From the sequence record PQ898399.1: a stretch of DNA of 64,000 nucleotides, one strand, 5' to 3'. Position numbers and translations under genes: made by a program. Positions 41,876 through 52,404 of this stretch are shown piece after piece. The notes beneath the pieces were generated by a model, which saw only the letters and a program-made list of their open reading frames with translations, was not told where the DNA came from and searched no databases. Every line of letters starts with the position of its first letter. Position 1 is the stretch's first letter.

Positions 41876-41893
41876 AAGGGCCCGAAGGCCCTT
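41876..41893 (-). terminator. Hairpin/terminator after wac
   Basis: AAGGGCC-TTCG-GGCCCTT on the minus strand. Confidence 0.75.
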
Positions 41894-41895
41894 TA

Positions 41896-43308
41896 TTATG
41901 GAGTAGGATTAAGAATGGTGTCTAAGTCGACCCAAGCACCGTCTTTACGAACATAAGCTTTTCCATCACGAGGAGCTTCTGGAATTAAGTTTTGAAGTTC
42001 GGTTTTAATATTTGAAATATCAGTGTCTTGAGTTTTTGCTACGTTTAAAAGTCCTCTTTCTTCAACAGTAGCACCGTTAGGGTTTGTACCCATTACAAGA
42101 CTATTTAAACGAATTACTTGGCCTTTTAAACCTTCGTTATTGTTACCAATATCTACCTGGATATCCTGAATGGTATTAGCCATTTGGTTTTGCATGGTAG
42201 TCAAAGTATTAATTTGTCCAATTAAAGAATTAGACGGAGCAGGAGTTCCGCTTTCATTAATACCAACTACTTGGTTAATCCATGCAACTTGTCCACGTAA
42301 ACCAGACGAAGTATCTGCACCAACAATAGATTTCAGAGCTGTAATTTCATCACGGTTAATTTTAATTCTTCCGTTGATGCTTGACGGCTGAGAATCTTTT
42401 CCGATAGCTGATTCAATTAAATCTACACGAGGAATTAATCCTATTGTAGGGTCACTTAATTTACGATTAACCTCGGTGATTGCATCACGGTTTATTACAA
42501 CCAAGTTGTGTAAATCGATAACTCCATTGTTATACCCAATCGAATCTAAAACATTTTCCATGTCCATTGCTAAAGTACTAATAGTTCCATTCATTTTGTT
42601 CAAACGAACGTAAACACTATCAATACCAGCAGATGCTCTTGAACCCATTTCGTTTCGAAGGTTTTGGACTTCAATCGTTAATGAACCAACATCTGAGTCA
42701 TTGAATTGTTTTTCAATATTAGCGATACGAATTGAGTTATCATTTACAACTTTAGCAGTGTCAATAACACGCTTCTTCAAACCTAACGCAGGGGCCATAG
42801 GAATAGACATACCGTTGATGTCTTGGCCTGGATAAGCGCCTAACTCAGTTTTAATCCAAAGCAAGTCTTCACGAACTGGACGATAAACAGAATCACGTGA
42901 CGGGTCATATTCACCTACATCTTCTTCGATGTGAGTTATACGCAGACCATGGTCATCTGATGTGGTTTTAAGTCCCTCTGTGTCACTCTGGAGAACTTTA
43001 ATTGCAGATGTGTTAATACCTATTTGTTTGACAACATCGACATCCCCAATGACTCCTAGGGCATCCTCGACATTCTTAATTCTTACATTTGATTGCTCAA
43101 GAGAATCACGGACAACTACGATATTCCCGTCGAGCACTTCCACGTTTTGTTGGACCTGTACCGGTCCACGGTTCAAATTACCGTCTACACCATTCTTGGT
43201 GGATGCTCCTGTTAATTCCTCGCCATTTTTAATCCAGTTCACACGAGATTGGCCTTCATCCGGAAGGCCGTTGACGTAAGGAAGGGGAGTTAAATCAATA
43301 GTTGACAT
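41896..43308 (-). CDS. wac: Fibritin (neck whiskers)
   Basis: LPYVNGLP..WIKNGE; coiled coil; C-terminal foldon IPEAPRDGKAYVRKDGAW. Confidence 0.97.
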   Translation of the reverse strand: MSTIDLTPLPYVNGLPDEGQSRVNWIKNGEELTGASTKNGVDGNLNRGPVQVQQNVEVLDGNIVVVRDSLEQSNVRIKNVEDALGVIGDVDVVKQIGINTSAIKVLQSDTEGLKTTSDDHGLRITHIEEDVGEYDPSRDSVYRPVREDLLWIKTELGAYPGQDINGMSIPMAPALGLKKRVIDTAKVVNDNSIRIANIEKQFNDSDVGSLTIEVQNLRNEMGSRASAGIDSVYVRLNKMNGTISTLAMDMENVLDSIGYNNGVIDLHNLVVINRDAITEVNRKLSDPTIGLIPRVDLIESAIGKDSQPSSINGRIKINRDEITALKSIVGADTSSGLRGQVAWINQVVGINESGTPAPSNSLIGQINTLTTMQNQMANTIQDIQVDIGNNNEGLKGQVIRLNSLVMGTNPNGATVEERGLLNVAKTQDTDISNIKTELQNLIPEAPRDGKAYVRKDGAWVDLDTILNPTP

Positions 43309-43316
43309 ATTTTTCC

Positions 43317-44867
43317 TTATCTTACTTTTATTACAAAGTTTAGAGCAATTGACCAAGGACGGTTTTCATCGCCCATTAGACCTTCTGTATTCATTGTGCC
43401 AAATCCATCACGAATATTAGCAGCTTCTACTTCACTACCGTCGTTAGTAAACCACTTATAGTTATCATAGTCAGTTTTATTAGACCCTACATAACCATTT
43501 CTTACAGTACAGCCATTACGAGCTTCATTGCGTTTGTGATGCTCTCCCCAACTCGACTCGTGTTTATGTTTACGAACAGATTGCGGCATTGATTGGCCTA
43601 ATGAAGCATTACCACAACCAGCTCCTAAACCAGGTTTACCTTTTGAGTCGTTTCCTGAATACTGGTTCATGATGTTTGACTTACCAACACCACGAGGGAA
43701 CATACCGCGCATATCAGGAAGAGCGAACCGAGTAGCGTCTCCACCATATATAGTGCCAATAATGCTGTATAAAGTAGAATATTGAGAATCCCCTTTATTC
43801 AATAACGCTCCATGACAGTGCATCCAATCTGAGCTTGGAGGGTTATGTCCTGGCCACATGATAATTGTTCCAATTGGAACGGAATCAACTAACATGTTTA
43901 CTGTAGCAATTTGCTGGTTGTTAATAAAACCAGAACCAACATCAAGACGACCATTTACTCGCGCAGCACCAAACGTTGTGGTTCCATTAATTGTTTGTCC
44001 GCCGCGAGTATGAACAACGTCAGCGTTATATGCTAATGCAGTATTTGCGTCACCTGAGCCTACAGTAGTAGTTAATTTAACAAGACCTTTTGTTGAAGTA
44101 GTACCAACTCTTTGGTTCAATCCATTTGGAGTAACAAAAATATCTCCGGCGGTGTTTGCATTAACTTCGGCGATAGTAGCGGAACGAGCTAAACCTCTGC
44201 GAGAAGATGTAGCTGTTAAAGAGGCTAATCCACTTGGAGATACGGCATACCCGTCTCTTAGAGTTCCTTGAGCAACTTGCCCGTTAGTAGCAATACGCAC
44301 AGTACCACTTACTGATTCTGTCGCTGGTCCATAAACTGGAAGAACTGCTGTTGCTTTTGCAATTGCTCTTTGGGTTTTCAATGGAGTCATTGCCGAGGTA
44401 TCATCAGTACCGGCTTCAGCCATTGCAACTGTAGCAATTTTAATTACACCTAAAACTGACTCTTTAGAAATACGAGTAGCAAACGCATTGTCAATTGAAG
44501 CTTTTAATCCAGTCGGAACAACCGCAGCATTGCCAATAGACCCCGCAGTGGCTTCAGCTGTAGTAGCATATCGAGTTAAACCAATTACTGTAGTAGAAGC
44601 TTGCGGATTACCAAGACGTTCTTTTAAAGTTTTTGGAGTAACTACAGTATTAGCTGAATCACCATCATCAACTTCTTGCTGTGTAGCAATACGAATTATT
44701 CCTTTAACAGTTTCAGTTGCGTCAGGAACGCCGTTAACTGCTATTGGCTTTAATGCGGCTAATGCTGATTGAACGTTTGTTATGTTGGCTGGAAAACTAG
44801 TTCCAGCCGGGTTAAATGTTTTATATTTTGATTCGTCACTTATGTGGTTTAGAGTATTAGTAGCCAT
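43317..44867 (-). CDS. 12: Short tail fibre
   Basis: NHISDESKY, GIIRIAT repeats, collar domain, HKHE, RPWSIALNFVIKV. Confidence 0.96.
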   Translation of the reverse strand: MATNTLNHISDESKYKTFNPAGTSFPANITNVQSALAALKPIAVNGVPDATETVKGIIRIATQQEVDDGDSANTVVTPKTLKERLGNPQASTTVIGLTRYATTAEATAGSIGNAAVVPTGLKASIDNAFATRISKESVLGVIKIATVAMAEAGTDDTSAMTPLKTQRAIAKATAVLPVYGPATESVSGTVRIATNGQVAQGTLRDGYAVSPSGLASLTATSSRRGLARSATIAEVNANTAGDIFVTPNGLNQRVGTTSTKGLVKLTTTVGSGDANTALAYNADVVHTRGGQTINGTTTFGAARVNGRLDVGSGFINNQQIATVNMLVDSVPIGTIIMWPGHNPPSSDWMHCHGALLNKGDSQYSTLYSIIGTIYGGDATRFALPDMRGMFPRGVGKSNIMNQYSGNDSKGKPGLGAGCGNASLGQSMPQSVRKHKHESSWGEHHKRNEARNGCTVRNGYVGSNKTDYDNYKWFTNDGSEVEAANIRDGFGTMNTEGLMGDENRPWSIALNFVIKVR

Positions 44868-45529
44868 TAACCCATTCTCTTAAAGTATTGTAAAACTGTC
44901 GGTGAAGTAGCTCCATCGAAAGTTAATGATTGACGACCGATTAAATCCCATGACCCATAACCAACCTTAGAAGGAGACTGGATTGAAGCAGAGATGGAAA
45001 CTCCACATGAAGAATATGAGGGAAGAATATGTTCTTGGTTATCGATATATTTAACGTTTAAAATATTACCGGCAGATGTAGATACTTCAACTGAAGAAAT
45101 TACGTCACCGGCGGTAATAGCGTCTTCAAGAACTAATTTAACTTTCGCAGCAAATTCAGTGTCGGTATCACCAATTAAAGCTGGAACCATAAATCCGTAC
45201 ACATCAACTAAAACTGATTCACCTTCAGATTTTCCATCAACTGCTACTGTTCCAGTGAAAGTCCAATCATCAATTTGTTGAATACCTTCAGGAGAAACGC
45301 CAGTATCGTTAATTACAATTGTTCCAATTGGAAGAATAGCGAATCCACGAACATCTTCTATCGCCGATTGAACATTTGGAAAATCAACACCTTTATATTT
45401 TTGTGAAATCGTATTTGACCCAATTGGCTGAGTATTCATAACATCAATACTACCTGGGGCGATTTCATATTGCAAGAAATCTGCATTGCGGGACTTAAGT
45501 CCCGCCTTTGAAGAAGATACACTAATCAT
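44867..45529 (-). CDS. 11: Baseplate wedge subunit / tail pin
   Basis: KAG..SR.ADFL, PNVQSAI; synteny. Confidence 0.93.
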   Translation of the reverse strand: MISVSSSKAGLKSRNADFLQYEIAPGSIDVMNTQPIGSNTISQKYKGVDFPNVQSAIEDVRGFAILPIGTIVINDTGVSPEGIQQIDDWTFTGTVAVDGKSEGESVLVDVYGFMVPALIGDTDTEFAAKVKLVLEDAITAGDVISSVEVSTSAGNILNVKYIDNQEHILPSYSSCGVSISASIQSPSKVGYGSWDLIGRQSLTFDGATSPTVLQYFKRMG

Positions 45530-47337
45530 TAAGAAACCCTTAACCAACGATATGCGGTAACATATGGCTGAATATTAGTTACTGATTTTGGAGGTGTGTG
45601 AGTCGGGTTGATGTTAGCAACCGATTCACGATATTTAGTATAAGCCGGCCCTTGTTCATTCGGGTCAAATTGACATCCGCCGACGACAATAGGTCCGTTA
45701 GGGTCAACTACTAAAACTTTTTCGGTTGTTTGAGAAGCAGGAATTTGAGCATTTTCTAATTCATTGCTAATTACACCACCAGTTCCACCAGCAGTATGAC
45801 TTGGATTACCATTTACATCCAAATCGTTATTGTTCATTGCGAAATTAGGGTCGGTTGTATCGTTATTCCATCCAGCAACAACTTTACCTTGCCCCCACAG
45901 AACCCAAGTACCAAATCCCATATATGTTGCTGGGTTATTAGGGTTTACTGCGTTTTCGTAAATTGTTCCAATCGGATAAACTAAATCAAATAAGTTTTGA
46001 ACATTATTTACTTCAAATGCAGTAGAAGGCTCAGGAGCAACATTAGGCCAACCTGGTTTGTTTTGGTTAGTAATACGTACTTGACCAGTGAGATTGAGAA
46101 CTTCGCCTTTAGATACATATTTTGCATCAGTTTCATTAAGAATGTCTTCAAGCTCCATTACTGTACCAATTTGGTTGTTGTACCAAGTTAAAGTAATAAT
46201 GTCGCCATCTTCCATTTCACGGTCTGTTTCGATACCAATCAATTTATTATTGTCATCGATATCAAGAACATAGTCAAGTTTACTGTTTTGCCAAGTTCCA
46301 CCAAGTGCCTGACATGTAAATGCGTCGTCTGCAATAGCATCAATACAACGAGCTAATGGAAGACCTGCAGTACCAGCTTCATTCTGAAGTATTCCGTTAA
46401 AACGAACTTCCATGGATTGATGGTTTACAGGAGAAAAACTATCAATACCAAATGCACTCAATGGAAAATATCTGAGAGTTTTTAAATTGTCAACTAATAA
46501 TGAACCTTCAATAGATGTCTGGTTAGTTTTAGATGAATCTCTCAGAGTAACTGATCGTCTATTGTAAGAACTACGGAACTGAGAAATACCGTCTAAGTAA
46601 GATACTACAATTACAGTATCACCCGCATTAGCCGGGTTTTTCAACTTAATGCTTTTGCCATCAAGCGCAACTCTTGTTCCATTTGGTCCAATTGAGCCAA
46701 AATCAGAATCAGTTGCACTGAATTTCTCGCCGTAATACAGAATGTTACCACGATGGAATACTTGGGTATTTCCAATGTTGTATTCTGTTCCACTGAATAC
46801 ATCAGGGAAATCAGTTTGTCCGTTAGTTTTAACTAAAAACTCTTTACGAACTACTGTACTCAATTCGCTATTTGAAATTCTGTTGATTTGCTTATTTTCA
46901 ACATATTCCCAACGACCCGGAGGGCAGTATACCATTTCCAAGTCAGCGAATTGAGTGCGAATTTCTCTTGGACGAGAATCACCTTTTAAAGTATCTCCTG
47001 AACCAGGAATAATAGTTATAGGGTTAACTTGCCAAGTTGCATAAACGTCTCGTAAACGAATGACTTTATTATAATCATTCGCAGTACCTTTAGGAAGACG
47101 CACATTTAAACGGCCGGTTGAAGTATCAAGCACATAAGCTTTACCCCATTCAGCGTTTAATGTAGCTGCTGTAGAGGTCTTGTGGTTTTTCCATGCACCA
47201 GCAGCAAATGGAACATCTCCGTCGCCAAGCTCGTAATACAACTCATCAAAGTTATCATTAATTTTTTGACCACCCTTACGCAGGTAGTCGCCGGAGCCGT
47301 CGTCAACAGCTTGACCAATTTTAATATCTTGCTTCAT
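45529..47337 (-). CDS. 10: Baseplate wedge subunit
   Basis: IGQAVDDGSGDYLRKGGQKIN, YPIGTIY. Confidence 0.97.
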   Translation of the reverse strand: MKQDIKIGQAVDDGSGDYLRKGGQKINDNFDELYYELGDGDVPFAAGAWKNHKTSTAATLNAEWGKAYVLDTSTGRLNVRLPKGTANDYNKVIRLRDVYATWQVNPITIIPGSGDTLKGDSRPREIRTQFADLEMVYCPPGRWEYVENKQINRISNSELSTVVRKEFLVKTNGQTDFPDVFSGTEYNIGNTQVFHRGNILYYGEKFSATDSDFGSIGPNGTRVALDGKSIKLKNPANAGDTVIVVSYLDGISQFRSSYNRRSVTLRDSSKTNQTSIEGSLLVDNLKTLRYFPLSAFGIDSFSPVNHQSMEVRFNGILQNEAGTAGLPLARCIDAIADDAFTCQALGGTWQNSKLDYVLDIDDNNKLIGIETDREMEDGDIITLTWYNNQIGTVMELEDILNETDAKYVSKGEVLNLTGQVRITNQNKPGWPNVAPEPSTAFEVNNVQNLFDLVYPIGTIYENAVNPNNPATYMGFGTWVLWGQGKVVAGWNNDTTDPNFAMNNNDLDVNGNPSHTAGGTGGVISNELENAQIPASQTTEKVLVVDPNGPIVVGGCQFDPNEQGPAYTKYRESVANINPTHTPPKSVTNIQPYVTAYRWLRVS

Positions 47338-48242
47338 CTTGGATTCCCAATTTTCTGTGTAGCGATAGCTTTAACTGCCGCTCTCAAACCAGCGACTCCT
47401 GGCGTTAATGTCAGGACTACATATCCTGTGCTAGGGTTAATAGCAAATGAAGGAACGAAAATTTTATCAATCACTTCAGGTGTAGTAGAAGTAGCTGGAG
47501 TGTCAACTGCTCCAATTCGAATTACCGCATATTCTACACTATTAACTTCTTTCTTAATTCTGTCTATGTGAATATTTATTTCGCAACTTTTGGCTTTTGA
47601 ACCATTACTAGTTTCGGCAGTAATAAGATACTTCGCTACAGTAAATTCAGTATTATGAAATAATGGAATATCTACTGAAGTACCAACGGCTCCTAATTGC
47701 CAAGTGCCATCAGTTGGAATATGTTTTTCACCAAACATACTTTCTACTGAATAATCCCAAACGGAACGGCCGCCTTCGTCAGAAATACACCAGCATTTTA
47801 CAAATACGTAAGGAGATGTAATTCTTAATGAACCTGTTACAGTTGCAAATGTGTCGTTTGCATCAATAGTTAATGGGTTAGTTGGAGAGAATGAGCCATT
47901 GCTGTTGCAGAAAAATACTGCTTCTCCGCGAACACCTTTACTTAAAGTAACTTGTACAGCTCCTCCTGAAGTGTCAATGTCATATTGCGAGCCGTTTGGT
48001 ACTGGAGTAGTAAATTCCAGTGGGTCATTTGATTTCTGCCAATAGCCAGTAGCATGAATTACTTGTCCAACTCCAGAACCTTGGCCATTGTCTAAGGCCA
48101 TTTTTCTTTGGTCACCAAATGCATTATAAATGCCATTGAAGTTGTTATTAATTTTGTTACCGCCATCGAACAAAATATCACCAGTCGATGCGTTACCAAT
48201 TTCACCGACGTCAATTAGTTGCTTTGCTTCTTGTTCGAACAT
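47334..48242 (-). CDS. 9: Baseplate wedge, long tail fibre connector
   Basis: KQLIDVGEIGNASTGDILFDGGNKIN. Confidence 0.96.
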   Translation of the reverse strand: MFEQEAKQLIDVGEIGNASTGDILFDGGNKINNNFNGIYNAFGDQRKMALDNGQGSGVGQVIHATGYWQKSNDPLEFTTPVPNGSQYDIDTSGGAVQVTLSKGVRGEAVFFCNSNGSFSPTNPLTIDANDTFATVTGSLRITSPYVFVKCWCISDEGGRSVWDYSVESMFGEKHIPTDGTWQLGAVGTSVDIPLFHNTEFTVAKYLITAETSNGSKAKSCEINIHIDRIKKEVNSVEYAVIRIGAVDTPATSTTPEVIDKIFVPSFAINPSTGYVVLTLTPGVAGLRAAVKAIATQKIGNPR

Positions 48243-48266
48243 AATAAGTCCTCTATTGATATATGC

Positions 48267-48299
48267 TATTTATACAAAAATGGGAGCCCTCAGGCTCCC
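48267..48299 (-). promoter_or_regulatory. Hairpin after gene 8 and late promoter for gene 9
   Basis: GGGAGCC/GGCTCCC 48282-48299; TATAAATA on - (48267-48274). Confidence 0.8.
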
Positions 48300-48302
48300 G
48301 CA

Positions 48303-49313
48303 TTAGAATTCGAAGATGATGTTAATTTCTTCGGTTTGGTCCATAGCCATAATGATAGGAGGCCTGTTTTCCATGTAAATCATTTCACCGGAATGACGGC
48401 TTAAATCAATAGGGTTGTACCATAAATTCTTAGCCTTTTTATTTGGCTCAGAAGGTATCTTTTTAGCTTCTAATGGATTAGTAATAACTGAAATTTGACG
48501 GAAGCCTTTGTTACCAGGTAAAGCTGCTTCTGGGAAATATACTGAATCGAAATATGCTTTAAATCGAATAGTATATGCTTTTACGCGATAGATAATTCCA
48601 TACGCGTCGTGTTCCCATTCCAAGTTATTGTTGTAACCCCAACGTTCTGGGTCTTCTTTAACTTCATCAGGCCAAGGAACGACAATATATTCGTTTGTGC
48701 AACGGTTGATAGAAACATCAGGTGGAATCTCATAAAGATATTCCCAAAGATATCCGTCTTTCATATCAATCTTATTATCGTTTATTGCATCGCCACGTCC
48801 TCTTGGAGGAAATGCTGATTGAACAGAAGAAGTCCATTTACCACCGAGCTTAATACACTCTTCTTTATTTTTGATAGTATTAATTGAGCATGTGCCTGCA
48901 TCAGGAATATCAATACAACGATATACCAACCAGCCACTACCTACTTCTGTGGCGTTATATGGAGCACTGTTTACAACAACAATTTCACCAATTGAAAAGT
49001 TTCTTGGGTTAGGATAACGAATATCTCCCCAATCTTTACGGGGAATAATTGCGTCCAGCATAGAAGGCATTACTTTTACTGAACCCATCATATGAGTCCA
49101 CATATCTTCAACACCTTGTGTATTATCTACTGGATATGGTGGGGCGAACCCCACCTCCGATTCGTTATCTGACCAAGGTTCACTTCGTCCGAATGTGATG
49201 TAAATTGTGTTTTGATTATCGCCATCACCAATTGACTCATAAAAATTCAGCATCTTTTCAGTACGGAATTTTGAAGTCACTATGGAACGATAGATTACAC
49301 TTGAATCATTCAT
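48303..49313 (-). CDS. 8: Baseplate wedge subunit
   Basis: MNDSSVIYRSIVTSKFRTEK, YMENRPPI. Confidence 0.97.
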   Translation of the reverse strand: MNDSSVIYRSIVTSKFRTEKMLNFYESIGDGDNQNTIYITFGRSEPWSDNESEVGFAPPYPVDNTQGVEDMWTHMMGSVKVMPSMLDAIIPRKDWGDIRYPNPRNFSIGEIVVVNSAPYNATEVGSGWLVYRCIDIPDAGTCSINTIKNKEECIKLGGKWTSSVQSAFPPRGRGDAINDNKIDMKDGYLWEYLYEIPPDVSINRCTNEYIVVPWPDEVKEDPERWGYNNNLEWEHDAYGIIYRVKAYTIRFKAYFDSVYFPEAALPGNKGFRQISVITNPLEAKKIPSEPNKKAKNLWYNPIDLSRHSGEMIYMENRPPIIMAMDQTEEINIIFEF

Positions 49314-52300
49314 TAATCTTAACCTGTGTTGGATTAGCCGGGTCACGAGGGATATTAACTTTATCAATAAGTCTTGAATTAACCAAATCTCTCCAATTGG
49401 AGAATGTTACTGCACTTTGGTCGAATGTAGGGCTCATTGGTTTTCGTCTTTCCGATGGAAGCTGACCAGCTATTACTGAGTTATTGTTTTCAGCATCATA
49501 GTCGTCAGGAATATCAAAGTCTTCGTTTGCTCTTGGATGAGGTAAATAAAGAGCCTCTCCAGTAACATCGTTATGCTCGATATTTCCATTTGAATCTAAT
49601 TGAGCTACTCGGTCAGGCCAAATAAGTGGAAGTCCTGCATCCCATTTGTAGTTTTTGTATTTATTGATTATAGTTTGAACGTGTTTAAGGGTCAAACCAA
49701 CGTTAATGAACATAGTCAATAACGTGATACCAATAAATCCAAAACCGACTGGATGAACAAATCTTAAAACATCATTTCTGTATCTTGACGTAGGAAGATT
49801 TGATTTAATTTTCATCACATAGTAAGAACGGTTACGGTTGATATACTCGATGGTATTTTCAACCAATTCTTTACCACGAACGCCTTGGACAATTGTTCCA
49901 CTAAATCCGGGCATACGCTCCGCTTTAATCTCTTGGCCCACAATTAAACGACCTAAAAGGTTGTGAATTGTGATTCGCCATTGCAAACGACCTTCATTAT
50001 AGTGGCGTTCAACATAAGTAACGTTTGTACGCCCGGTCGCTGTATAAATTGTATGACCAACTAAATCGTCATTCACTGAATCAGATTCAATGATAATATC
50101 GTATTCTGTTCCAGGATTTGATTCAATTTCAATTTCAACGTTTTCATTGTATAACAATTTGAACAAGAATTGATAAGAAGCTTCAATACCTTTAGTTGAA
50201 TAAAAATCAGACTTACGAGCTTCAAAGAATCTTGAGACAGCATCTCGTTTATCTGGATTCAAATAGATATTGCGCTTATAAACTTCAGACCACAAATATT
50301 CCCAAGCGTCTTTTTCACGAGGATATTTGTTACGAATTAAATTCAGCAAATTGTTGTACTGAGTTCCATACCCATCTGACAGGTACTGAATATAAGCTTC
50401 GCAGAAAGCCTCAAAGTTGCTTTCTTCTAACAAATAGCTATCTGGCATCATTGTATTCAGTAATGGACGCAAATCAGGGTCTTTAAGTCCGTCACGATTG
50501 TCTGGAGTCCAAGGAACAACTCTTTCTTGGTTCTGAAGATATGCTTTTAAGAAAATTTCAGATGGTTTCCATATGATAGACACTTCATCACGAACTCGAT
50601 AATCAAATTCGAAGTATGAAATGATTTCACCTGACATTTTGTGGAATAAAATACCAGAAGCATATTTTGTGAAATTGTCAAACTGAATGTTAGGACTTGT
50701 TACTGTACAAGTGCCTTTATCCCAGTATTCGTGCAACACTCGGTCAGGAGAACCCGAGCCATTAATATCAATGACTTTAGAGTGAGTGATATCAGAATAA
50801 ACAACCACAATTCTGTATGATGTGTCAATCCAGCAACGAGTTTTTGATTTACGAGACCAGTTAAAGAATGGTTCAGCGTAGTAATTCATCGCGCCTGGAA
50901 CAAAAGTTTTAAATCCGCTCTTAGAATTGGTTCTGAAACTCATCATATGATAATGTTTGTCAGACAACCATTCTCTTGTGAATTCATACTTAACAGCGCC
51001 TAAAAGACCATATTTTGCAGTTGTTTCTGGGTCTGGTACCACATTAGAGTCCAGAAACTTAAAGTTACTTGAACTGAAGAAAATATCAGTTCCATTAGTA
51101 GACATTGAAGTATAACCATGTTCTATACGTCTACGTTCTTCTGCAGTGTTTCCAAAGACTCTTACCCAGTTATCCCCTTCTAAAAGATAAACACCTTTAG
51201 ATTCTGAATCGATAACATTATCTGGAATAGTACGATCGTCTAATTCGTTTCTAACTTCACCAGTGATTAATGCTAAAGTTACACCATCTACGGAAACTAA
51301 GTTATGACAAACTGCTTTTGAATTACCAGTGATTCTTGAAGTCCAATTATCGAACAGTTTTTCACCAAACGTAGGTGATAATGGGTCTTGGTCGATAGGA
51401 GCATTTCTAGTCTTAGCTCTGTAAACAACATCACGACCAGCAACATAAATCATACTATCTGTTGCTGTGATAGCTTCAGCATATTTCTGAACTGCTAATG
51501 GAAGCCGAGCATAAGTACCAAAAATTTCTACATCAAATCCGAGTTTAAGTTGGTCACCAATTTTAGCAAACGTAACATCCTGTGAACTAAATTTTACGTC
51601 ATCTGCCGACCAACGAATGTCATTACTCTTACGTCCGTAGAAGACCCTGTCGTATCCCAGGAGATACGTAGTGTTCCGCGTTTGGTAATATACATTTTTT
51701 GATACTGGGTTCCCTACGCGATCATTGAGTAATCGTACGGCCTTCCAAGTCTGTCCTTTATCGTTTGATACTTTAACGATATTCTGGAATCTTTCAAAGA
51801 GATAAAGAACTCCCTCAGATTCCATAAGCATTACACGCTCTTTATCTTTACAGATTTTAGCTATGTCGCCTTGAATTTCATGGTATTCATCTTCTTTAAG
51901 AATAAAATTGTTAACAGAAGAAGCCGTGCGATATTCAGGAGAAAATTGGAATGTTTCATCCATCAAAGATGCCACGATAGTATCACGGTTAAAATTCACA
52001 AAATCTTCGTTATCTTTAGTGAATTTTTCTTCAATGAACTGCTTAGATAAAGTCATCTGACGCATCATTTCAAACGTATAGACGTTCGTTTCGAATGACT
52101 GAAATTCTTCAGTCATTTTCCAATTTGATTGCTCGAATCCTTCAGCGGCCACAGCCACTCGCATAACATAATAACTCAATGGGCGAATGTAGTTGTCTTC
52201 GAAAAATTCATTTTCAGCAGTATAGCCTAAATTTCTCCATTGATAATTTTCGGGGAGTATAATCTCCCCGTTTTGGTTACGAGTCTCTGCAAGTTCAACA

Positions 52301-52404
52301 AAATAGAAGAAGTTAGCACCAACGTCATCCCACTTAATTTGAACTTGGTTTGCAGATAGTTTTGTTATTCTGAGACTTGTAACAGAAGGTGCTTTTACAG
52401 TCAT
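49306..52404 (-). CDS. 7: Baseplate wedge initiator
   Basis: MTVKAPSVTSLRI; 1032 aa; VHPVGF. Confidence 0.97.
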   Translation of the reverse strand: MTVKAPSVTSLRITKLSANQVQIKWDDVGANFFYFVELAETRNQNGEIILPENYQWRNLGYTAENEFFEDNYIRPLSYYVMRVAVAAEGFEQSNWKMTEEFQSFETNVYTFEMMRQMTLSKQFIEEKFTKDNEDFVNFNRDTIVASLMDETFQFSPEYRTASSVNNFILKEDEYHEIQGDIAKICKDKERVMLMESEGVLYLFERFQNIVKVSNDKGQTWKAVRLLNDRVGNPVSKNVYYQTRNTTYLLGYDRVFYGRKSNDIRWSADDVKFSSQDVTFAKIGDQLKLGFDVEIFGTYARLPLAVQKYAEAITATDSMIYVAGRDVVYRAKTRNAPIDQDPLSPTFGEKLFDNWTSRITGNSKAVCHNLVSVDGVTLALITGEVRNELDDRTIPDNVIDSESKGVYLLEGDNWVRVFGNTAEERRRIEHGYTSMSTNGTDIFFSSSNFKFLDSNVVPDPETTAKYGLLGAVKYEFTREWLSDKHYHMMSFRTNSKSGFKTFVPGAMNYYAEPFFNWSRKSKTRCWIDTSYRIVVVYSDITHSKVIDINGSGSPDRVLHEYWDKGTCTVTSPNIQFDNFTKYASGILFHKMSGEIISYFEFDYRVRDEVSIIWKPSEIFLKAYLQNQERVVPWTPDNRDGLKDPDLRPLLNTMMPDSYLLEESNFEAFCEAYIQYLSDGYGTQYNNLLNLIRNKYPREKDAWEYLWSEVYKRNIYLNPDKRDAVSRFFEARKSDFYSTKGIEASYQFLFKLLYNENVEIEIESNPGTEYDIIIESDSVNDDLVGHTIYTATGRTNVTYVERHYNEGRLQWRITIHNLLGRLIVGQEIKAERMPGFSGTIVQGVRGKELVENTIEYINRNRSYYVMKIKSNLPTSRYRNDVLRFVHPVGFGFIGITLLTMFINVGLTLKHVQTIINKYKNYKWDAGLPLIWPDRVAQLDSNGNIEHNDVTGEALYLPHPRANEDFDIPDDYDAENNNSVIAGQLPSERRKPMSPTFDQSAVTFSNWRDLVNSRLIDKVNIPRDPANPTQVKINE